From: a plasmid
Length of the DNA stretch: 35,773 bases
Direction: 5' to 3' (one strand)
Sequence record: NZ_CP138856.1
The translations under genes and the position numbers were made by a program. Shown in pieces: positions 1 to 6,138 of this stretch; the stretch's first letter is position 1; each line of letters opens with the position of its first letter. The notes below the pieces were generated by a model that did not search any database, had not been told where the DNA came from, and was given only the letters and a program-made list of their open reading frames with translations.

Positions 1-1443
1 ATGAGTTTACAGACTCATGCGCAGAATGCGCACACTAAAACACCCACCCGCGTCGAACCAGACCGCGGCGGACTGGATAACACCCCAGCATCAGCCAGCG
101 ACCGCGACCTGCTCCGCGCACATTTAGGCCGCGAGGTACTCCACGGGTCTGTCGGACGAGATTTTTCCAAGGCGTATATGCGTAATGCCGACGGTACAAA
201 CTCGCCACGCATGTATCGCTTCGACACCGAAGCTTTAGGACGGTGCGAGTACGTCATGCTTACCAGTAAGCAGTACGCCGCCGTCCTAGTCGTTGACGTT
301 GACCAAGTAGGAACAGCCGGCGGCGACCCCGCAGACTTAAACCCCTATGTCCGTGACGTGGTGCGCTCACTTATCGCCCACAACATCGGCCCAGCGTGGG
401 CGGGAATTAACCCGACTAACGGTAAAGCCCAGTTCATATGGCTTATCGACCCCGTCTACGCTGACCGTGGCGGTAAATCAGCGCAGATGAAACTACTGGC
501 AGCAACCACGCGCGTACTGGGTGAGCTTTTAGACCACGACCCTCACTTCTCTCACCGCTTTAGCCGCAACCCGTTTTATACCGGCAAGGCTCCCACGGCT
601 TATCGTTGGTACAGGCAGCACAATAGGGTGATGCGTCTGGGAGACTTGGTAAAAAAGGTGAGGGACTTGGCAGGACACGACCAGTTCAACCCCGTCCCAC
701 GCCAGCAGTTTTCCTCTGGCCGGGAACTTATCAACGCAGTTAAGTCTCGCCGTGAGCAAGCCCAAGCATTCAAAGCCCTTGCCCAAGACGTAGACGCTGA
801 AATCGCCGGAGGACTAGACCAGTACGATCCGGAGCTTATCGACGGTGTGCGCGTGCTGTGGATTACCCAGGGAAAAGCGGCACGTGACGAAACCGCCTTT
901 AAGCACGCACTCAAGACTGGTCACCGTCTGCGCCAGCAAGGTCAACGCTTGACTGACGCGGCGATTATCGATGCCTACGAGCACGCCTACAACGTCGCCC
1001 ACACCCACGGCGGAGCAGGCCGTGACAGCGAGATGCCACCCATGCGCGACCGCCAAACCATGGCACGTCGCGTGCGTGGCTACGTCACCCAGTCCAAGAG
1101 CAGAGCCTATGGAAGCGCTAGCGCGCCAGGAAAAGCTACCAGTAGCGAGCGTAAAGCACTGGCTACCATGGGGCGCAGGGGTGGTAAGAAAGCCGCAGAG
1201 CGCTGGAAGGAAGACCCACACGGCGAATATGCGCAGACAGAGCGCAAAAAGCTTCAAGCTGCAAACGCACTTCGACAGAGTCGTGGAAAAGGTACCCGCG
1301 GACGGGTGCTAGCGACAGCGATGGACATCTTGACGCAGACAGGAAAGACTCCGTCAGGACGAACCGTAGGTCAGGAATTGGGCATCACCCGTCAGCAAGC
1401 TAACCGTCATCTGAAAGCTCTGCGTGAAGCCGGTCTTATCTAG
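1..1443 (+). CDS. rep: Plasmid replication initiator protein (Rep), 480 aa, with a C-terminal helix-turn-helix
   Basis: Long ORF with consistent codon usage. C-terminal motif (GQELGITRQQANRHLKALREAGLI) is a DNA-binding helix-turn-helix typical of theta-replicon Rep proteins from corynebacterial plasmids. The window begins exactly at its ATG. Assignment is by recognition, not search. Confidence 0.6.
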   Translation: MSLQTHAQNAHTKTPTRVEPDRGGLDNTPASASDRDLLRAHLGREVLHGSVGRDFSKAYMRNADGTNSPRMYRFDTEALGRCEYVMLTSKQYAAVLVVDVDQVGTAGGDPADLNPYVRDVVRSLIAHNIGPAWAGINPTNGKAQFIWLIDPVYADRGGKSAQMKLLAATTRVLGELLDHDPHFSHRFSRNPFYTGKAPTAYRWYRQHNRVMRLGDLVKKVRDLAGHDQFNPVPRQQFSSGRELINAVKSRREQAQAFKALAQDVDAEIAGGLDQYDPELIDGVRVLWITQGKAARDETAFKHALKTGHRLRQQGQRLTDAAIIDAYEHAYNVAHTHGGAGRDSEMPPMRDRQTMARRVRGYVTQSKSRAYGSASAPGKATSSERKALATMGRRGGKKAAERWKEDPHGEYAQTERKKLQAANALRQSRGKGTRGRVLATAMDILTQTGKTPSGRTVGQELGITRQQANRHLKALREAGLI

Positions 1444-1605
1444 TTGAAAGTGGAACATGCCGTAAGCAATATACGGTTCCCCTGCCGTTAGGCAGTTAGA
1501 TAGAACCTCACGTGAAGAAAACCTCCCTAGTTTCTTGGTTTTGATACCAGCAGGAATTCTTTGGCGTCCAGTATTTTCACGGGGAATATTTATTGCCTGC
1601 GCCCG

Positions 1606-1658
1606 CAGGTGGCTTCTCCCCTTAGTGCTTCCAACGACGAGAAGCACTAAGGGGAGTT
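1606..1658 (+). terminator. Rho-independent terminator for rep: 16-bp perfect stem (1606-1621 / 1631-1646), 9-nt loop, T-rich tail
   Basis: ctccccttagtgcttc...gaagcactaaggggag followed by tttcctttattg. Lies between the convergent rep and 1663..1962 genes. Confidence 0.75.
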
Positions 1659-1662
1659 TCCT

Positions 1663-1962
1663 TTATTGCGTGCCCTCCAGTCGTTCTTTGAGGCTGGTGG
1701 CTAAGTCTAGAAGTTCGTCTGGGTTATCTGCGGGGCGTTGTTGAGACAGATTCCTCTGTGCTGCGCGTACGAACTTGGCGAGTATGCCGGCGCCGCGGGC
1801 CAGTGGGGAAGTGGCAGGCAGTTCTGCTTGTATTGCTTGCAGGTGTTTGGCCGCACTGTTGGCGGCATCTAGTGCGTACTCGTAGTCTTCACCGTCTCCG
1901 TGGGCTTTGATGAACAAAGCGCACAGGTGTGTGTCCTGGGCTTCATGAACAATGTCCGCCAT
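1663..1962 (-). CDS. Hypothetical protein, 99 aa
   Basis: ORF with a Shine-Dalgarno-like aagggatgg upstream of the ATG at 1962. Convergent with rep and sharing the terminator hairpin. No recognisable family. Confidence 0.4.
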   Translation of the reverse strand: MADIVHEAQDTHLCALFIKAHGDGEDYEYALDAANSAAKHLQAIQAELPATSPLARGAGILAKFVRAAQRNLSQQRPADNPDELLDLATSLKERLEGTQ

Positions 1963-2139
1963 TCCATCCCTTCTATTTTAGCCGCCTTCGGTTTAGCCCT
2001 TTAAGGCTTTCCCGGTCATGAAAGCAACTTTAACTAAAGAGAGTCACTTCAAAGTAGAGAGAAAATAAAGGGTACACCCATCTGTACGCGCTGACCTGCG
2101 GCGTTGTGGGTTGTGCCGAGCGTGCTGCCGGAGTCCCTT

Positions 2140-2484
2140 TCAGTGTCCCTGGGGTAGGAGCGGCCGCATGAAGGTGCGCTCGTACCGCAGGACGCACTCG
2201 GACTCGTCTCGAATCCGGTCAGCGGCGATGAAGTCCGAGTGGGTGCCGAACAAGGTGCGGTACTGCTCGTAGGCAGCCAGGCTGGGGAAGCTGAACAGGG
2301 ATTCCGCACGGTCACTCACACCTTCCGCGGGTAGGTAGTACCCGTGGTGGGTGCCGCCGTGTTCGTCGACATGCCGCATCCAAGCGCGGGCGAACTGTTC
2401 AAAGGCTGCGATCTGGTCGGGGTCGATGGTGTAGTGGACGACACAGGTGATCACATCCACAACGCTAGGCCCACAGGCGCTCAT
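2140..2484 (-). CDS. Hypothetical small protein (~114 aa), possibly a dimeric alpha/beta-barrel (Dabb/NIPSNAP-like) fold
   Basis: ORF 2140..2526. An internal ATG at 2484 preceded by aaagg is the likelier start. Lies 69 bp downstream of the smr pair on the same strand. The fold guess comes from motif resemblance only. Confidence 0.3.
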   Translation of the reverse strand: MSACGPSVVDVITCVVHYTIDPDQIAAFEQFARAWMRHVDEHGGTHHGYYLPAEGVSDRAESLFSFPSLAAYEQYRTLFGTHSDFIAADRIRDESECVLRYERTFMRPLLPQGH

Positions 2485-2553
2485 TGGGGAGCCTTTGTCT
2501 GTGCGCCTCGTGGTGCAGCACACCAATCTGCCTGGTTTACCTGCGGAAATGCG

Positions 2554-2883
2554 TCAGTTCGCCAAGTTGGCGCCGAGTTCAACGGTGAGAACTCCGACGG
2601 CGATGAGGAGGATGCCGAGGGCCATGGTTCGGGTGAGGGGTTCGTGGAAGATGACCCGGGCGAGGATCGCGGTGAGAGCTACGCCGGATGCTGCCCAGAT
2701 GCCGTAGGCGACGCCAAGGGCCATGCCGTCGGCCAAGGCGAGACTTAAGGCGACGAACGCCACGAGATACCCCGCGATGACGCCGATGAACCATTTCTTC
2801 ACCCGGCCACCGTCGGAGGCTCGTAGCGACATGGTCGCGACGACTTCGGACAAGATGGCGCCTGCGAGGAAGATCCATCTCAT
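2554..2883 (-). CDS. Small multidrug resistance (SMR) family membrane protein, 109 aa, second subunit of a paired pump
   Basis: Four predicted TM helices with the conserved SMR signature E14 (…LSEVVATMSLRAS…). Its start overlaps the stop of the upstream smr (ATGA at 2880-2883). Confidence 0.75.
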   Translation of the reverse strand: MRWIFLAGAILSEVVATMSLRASDGGRVKKWFIGVIAGYLVAFVALSLALADGMALGVAYGIWAASGVALTAILARVIFHEPLTRTMALGILLIAVGVLTVELGANLAN

Positions 2884-3239
2884 GAGTTGACTCCTGCTTC
2901 CTGGGCTGCGGTTTGCTGAGCTTTCTGGGAGCCGAGTTCGACGGTGAGGACACCGCTGATGATCGCAACCATTCCAAGACCCATCACAGCGGTCAGAGGT
3001 TCACCGAAAATCGCGGCGGATAGCACGGCGGCGAGCACGACCCCGCTGGCTCCCCAGATGCCATAGGCGACGCCGATCTGCATTCCTTCGCGCAGGCAGA
3101 AGGTGAGGAAGACGAAAGTGCCGATGTATCCGGCAGCAACCACGATGTACCAGGATGGGTGATTGAGCGCCGCCTTGAGAGACAGCGTCGCCGCCACTTC
3201 GGTAGTGATGGCGCCAGCGAGCAGGAACCACTGCTTCAT
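2880..3239 (-). CDS. Small multidrug resistance (SMR) family membrane protein, ~119 aa, first subunit of a paired (EbrAB/YkkCD-like) pump
   Basis: The MKQWFLLAGAITTEVAATLSLKA… motif is a typical SMR N-terminus. Real start is the ATG at 3239, directly abutting the tetR stop at 3236-3238. The ORF track extends it artefactually to 3434. Confidence 0.75.
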   Translation of the reverse strand: MKQWFLLAGAITTEVAATLSLKAALNHPSWYIVVAAGYIGTFVFLTFCLREGMQIGVAYGIWGASGVVLAAVLSAAIFGEPLTAVMGLGMVAIISGVLTVELGSQKAQQTAAQEAGVNS

Positions 3240-3781
3240 GGGGTTGTTCCTTCGATCAGGGAGCGAATGCTGGAGACGACGGCTTCGAGATCCGCGCCGT
3301 GGAGGGTGGACACACCTGTGGCCTGGGCGCCCCAGAGTCCGTCGGCGGCGAGTCGGGCGGTGGTCAGCCTGGCTCGGGTGGCGGCGTCGAGATCGTCCGG
3401 GAGTTCGAGCCAGCGGCCCATCCGCGTAGTCCACGGTTCGGTGAGTTCGGGCCGATACGTCGCTTGGCCCCAGATGATGAACTCGGCGCGCTTGGCGGCC
3501 CCGTGGGCGGCGACGTGAACGTAGCTCAGGAGCCGCTCGGTGGCGTTGGCGTTCTCGAGGGGCTTGCCAAGGGTGGCAGTCATGTCGTTCTCGACGTTGG
3601 CCGCAGCGTGGTCGACGATCGCGGCGAGCAGTACGTCGCGGTTGCGGAAGTGATATAGCAATCCCGGTTTGGTGAGCCCGGCCTCGTGGGCCACTGCGTC
3701 AAGGGTAATGTCGCCACCCTCCGCTGCGTTCATGACGCGGAGGGCAGCTTCCAGGATCTCGGAGCGCTGACTGGTTCGCAT
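3236..3781 (-). CDS. TetR/AcrR family transcriptional regulator, 181 aa
   Basis: N-terminal helix-turn-helix (…ITLDAVAHEAGLTKPGLLYHF…) is typical of the TetR family. It is the first gene of a tetR-smr-smr operon. Confidence 0.8.
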   Translation of the reverse strand: MRTSQRSEILEAALRVMNAAEGGDITLDAVAHEAGLTKPGLLYHFRNRDVLLAAIVDHAAANVENDMTATLGKPLENANATERLLSYVHVAAHGAAKRAEFIIWGQATYRPELTEPWTTRMGRWLELPDDLDAATRARLTTARLAADGLWGAQATGVSTLHGADLEAVVSSIRSLIEGTTP

Positions 3782-3915
3782 ATAGCTAACTTTACCATTT
3801 GGTAGGTGAAGCCTTCAACTGCGGGCGCTGGTAGGGGCACCTGGGGTACACCCTAAGTGAACAGTTTGAGAATTACATGCATCGCGTTTAACTCACTGTT
3901 CGCTAGGGTGGGTTT

Positions 3916-4536
3916 ATGAGTAATGAAACAGAACCGTCACTACCTCTAGACATTCCTGAACAACCAGAGGTGGTTACGGGGCAGAAAATCGGTTACGCGC
4001 GCGTGAGTTCCAAGGATCAGAATCTCGACCGGCAGTTGGCGGCGTTGAAGAAGGAAAAAGTCTTCCGCATCTTCACCGACACGGTGAGTGGTTCGTCCAC
4101 CCAGCGCCCCGGCTTAGATGGGGCGCTTGATTATGTGCGCGCCGGCGATCAACTCATTGTGGTGAGCATGGACAGGCTTGCCCGTTCCCTTATCGACCTC
4201 CACCGCCTGGTCGATGAACTCACCGAACGCGGAGTATCCGTGAAATTCCTCAAAGAGGGGCAGACCTATTCATTGGACTCGAGTCCGGTGGCCAAGCTCA
4301 TGCTTGGCCTACTCGGGTCGGTGGCGGAGTTTGAACGCGCGATTATTCGTGAACGCCAAGCCGAAGGCATTGCCAAAGCCAAGGCGCGCGGCGTGTATAA
4401 GGGGCGTGCGAAAGTCCTCAACGAGGAGCAAATAATGCAGGCGCGCGAGTGGGTGAGCGAGGGGGTTCCGAAAACAGAGGTTGCCCGCCGCTTCGGGATA
4501 GGGCGCACCACACTGTATAAATACCTCGCCGACTAA
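3916..4536 (+). CDS. Serine recombinase (resolvase/invertase family), 206 aa
   Basis: Catalytic N-terminal motif (GYARVSSKDQNLDRQ) and a C-terminal helix-turn-helix (GRTTLYKYL). Divergent from tetR. Confidence 0.85.
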   Translation: MSNETEPSLPLDIPEQPEVVTGQKIGYARVSSKDQNLDRQLAALKKEKVFRIFTDTVSGSSTQRPGLDGALDYVRAGDQLIVVSMDRLARSLIDLHRLVDELTERGVSVKFLKEGQTYSLDSSPVAKLMLGLLGSVAEFERAIIRERQAEGIAKAKARGVYKGRAKVLNEEQIMQAREWVSEGVPKTEVARRFGIGRTTLYKYLAD

Positions 4537-4543
4537 CGGGCCG

Positions 4544-4837
4544 TTAGAGGTGATCAGCAAGCGAGAAAAAGACAAGTGCCCCCAGGATGAGACCGAGAAA
4601 GATTCCGACATCGATCCAGCGCGATTTTTTCACCGGCTTCTCCCACGGCATGGTGGCTGCTATGGCGACACCAACGCGGACTGCCGCAGCGAGCGAGCAG
4701 ACGGCGAAAACAGTCAGAAGCTCTGCCACCCAGCCAAACAGGCTGGCAACGATAATGGAAATGATCGCCACCCCGAAAATCACGGTGCTGGTGCGAAGCG
4801 ATGGACGAGGTGCGGGTGAAGGATGTTTTCTACTCAT
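4544..4837 (-). CDS. Hypothetical small membrane protein, 97 aa, ~3 TM helices
   Basis: Hydrophobic helices. Convergent with the resolvase; the two stops are 7 bp apart. Weak RBS. Confidence 0.35.
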   Translation of the reverse strand: MSRKHPSPAPRPSLRTSTVIFGVAIISIIVASLFGWVAELLTVFAVCSLAAAVRVGVAIAATMPWEKPVKKSRWIDVGIFLGLILGALVFFSLADHL

Positions 4838-4883
4838 GTGGACACCATGTCATATGCGTGTGCACTTTCCCCCGAACAAGGAT

Positions 4884-4978
4884 TTGCCCAGCTCGCGCAT
4901 GATAGACACGCGTACTGGGCGACTTTTATCAGCCGACGGACTCGTGTGCGTTAGCCGCGCGTGACGGTGGGTTTGTGC
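4884..4978. repeat. Left copy of a ~90-bp repeat flanking hicAB: hairpin module (gcccag-loop-ctgggc + T-rich) followed by a conserved ggactcgtgtgcgtt…gcgcgtgacggtggg segment
   Basis: The 35-bp hairpin module 4884-4918 is the reverse complement (1 mismatch) of 5681-5715. The downstream ~50 bp is a direct repeat of 5722-5770. Confidence 0.7.
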
Positions 4979-5072
4979 GGCAGGTGCCAGTTCAACTGGC
5001 AAAGGAGCATAATCAAGAAAAACCGTCAACCCATTGTTGACTTGTTTAGTCTCCCGTCGGTAGACTACTGTT

Positions 5073-5282
5073 ATGAAGCGAAACGCCGTCATCAAGAAAT
5101 TGAAAGCGGAAGCCAAGCGGCGCGGTCTTGAATTTGAGGAAATCGCCCTATCGCGCCATGACGCTTATCGGGTAGGCAGCACCACCCGAACCTTAGGTAG
5201 GCACCGTGAGATTGACGATGTGACAGTCAAGAAGTTTTTCGACCAATACGCCCAAGAATTAGGTAAAGGCTGGTGGAGGTAA
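5073..5282 (+). CDS. hicA: HicA-family toxin candidate (type II toxin-antitoxin), 69 aa
   Basis: Small basic protein with a HicA-like pattern (…RH…EI…VKKFFDQ). Its stop overlaps the hicB ATG (TAATG). Promoter-like TTGACT-N17-TAGACT lies upstream. Confidence 0.5.
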   Translation: MKRNAVIKKLKAEAKRRGLEFEEIALSRHDAYRVGSTTRTLGRHREIDDVTVKKFFDQYAQELGKGWWR

Positions 5283-5662
5283 TGACCACGACATACACAG
5301 TAACCGCAGAACGCGGAACCAGCGGAGTATGGGTGCTCGAATGCGCCGAACTAGGGGCAGTGTCCCAAACTAAGCGGCTGGCTAATGCTGCCGACGAGAT
5401 GCGCGAAGCACTGGCCTACCAGGCAGGCCTAGACCCAGACGAAATCAACATTATTGTTGATGTTGTTCTCCCACCGGGCCTTGCGGAAATGAAAGCTCGC
5501 GCCGAAAAAGAACGCGAAGAAGCGGCACGACTGGCCGCTGCGGCACAGGCAAGCACTCATGACCTCGCTGTTGCAATGAGAAACGCTGGAATGACCGTGC
5601 GAGATATGGGAACAGTCCTCGGAGTGTCTTACCAGCGCGCCCAAAAGCTCGCAGCATCCTAA
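5282..5662 (+). CDS. hicB: HicB-family antitoxin candidate, ~126 aa (N-terminal HicB/UPF0150 domain plus C-terminal helix-turn-helix)
   Basis: YTVTAERGTSGVWVLECAELGAVSQTKRLANAADEMREALA matches the HicB N-domain pattern. C-terminal MTVRDMGTVLGVSYQRAQKL is helix-turn-helix-like. Translationally coupled to hicA. Confidence 0.55.
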   Translation: MTTTYTVTAERGTSGVWVLECAELGAVSQTKRLANAADEMREALAYQAGLDPDEINIIVDVVLPPGLAEMKARAEKEREEAARLAAAAQASTHDLAVAMRNAGMTVRDMGTVLGVSYQRAQKLAAS

Positions 5663-5877
5663 ACACTGAAAGCGAAAGTCGCCCAGTACGCGTGTCTATC
5701 ATGCGCGTGCTGGGCGATTTTTCTCGACCGGTGGACTCGTGTGCGTTGGTGGCGCGTGACGGTGGGCTTGCAAGGTAGTCCCCAGTTAGTGGTGTGGGCG
5801 GCGTTAAACGGCTCGGCCTGGTCGATGATTTGGCGTCCAATCTTGGCCGCTTCGCGCCCGAAAAGTTTGTCCATCAC
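5659..5877 (-). CDS. Hypothetical small ORF, 72 aa, with a strong Shine-Dalgarno (AAGGAG-N5-ATG); its 3' half runs through the repeat
   Basis: The first ~27 codons have good coding character. The remainder is encoded by the repeat/hairpin sequence. Possibly a disrupted gene start. Confidence 0.2.
   Translation of the reverse strand: MMDKLFGREAAKIGRQIIDQAEPFNAAHTTNWGLPCKPTVTRHQRTRVHRSRKIAQHAHDRHAYWATFAFSV
5681..5770. repeat. Right copy of the hicAB-flanking repeat; hairpin + TTTTT acts as a likely hicAB terminator
   Basis: gcccagtacgcgtgtctatcatgcgcgtgctgggcgatttttctcg, then ccggtggactcgtgtgcgttggtggcgcgtgacggtgggcttg. Confidence 0.7.
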
Positions 5878-5899
5878 TGCTCCTTAACGCTTGGCTCTT

Positions 5900-6138
5900 T
5901 AGTGCTGCCGCGAAAGTCGCGTGTGCGACTTTCTTGCCCCGCGTGATTATCGCGTCCTGGCGTTCGTAGTTATCGCTAGCGGTTGCCTGACACAACCAGA
6001 GACACCGAAGCGCCGGCTACTTTTCTGCGCTGACCACGCTTTACGAGCGCTAAGCGCTCTAGGTTTATGGTACATTTGCACTAGAAGTGCCTAGGGGTGT
6101 TCCGATGCTCACCGTGCTGGTTAGAGGAGGTGGCGTGT
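5900..6138 (+). promoter_or_regulatory. Candidate oriT / traA leader with inverted repeats
   Basis: 9-bp perfect inverted repeat gaaagtcgc-gtgt-gcgactttc (5912-5935). Palindrome gagcgctaagcgctc (6047-6061). Immediately upstream of the relaxase gene, where MobF-type oriT sites normally lie. Confidence 0.4.

Noticed and set aside
2880-3434. 184-aa and 156-aa versions of the smr ORFs, and the 3001..3231 / 3163..3518 overlapping ORFs
   Set aside because: N-terminal extensions read through tetR in another frame. The ATG at 3239 abutting the tetR stop is the real start.
3782-3915. Canonical three-subsite res site for the serine resolvase
   Set aside because: Inverted repeats are present (gaacagt…actgttc, ttaccatttggta) but their spacing is not symmetric about a central AT as in Tn3-family site I. 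Left as a candidate regulatory region only.
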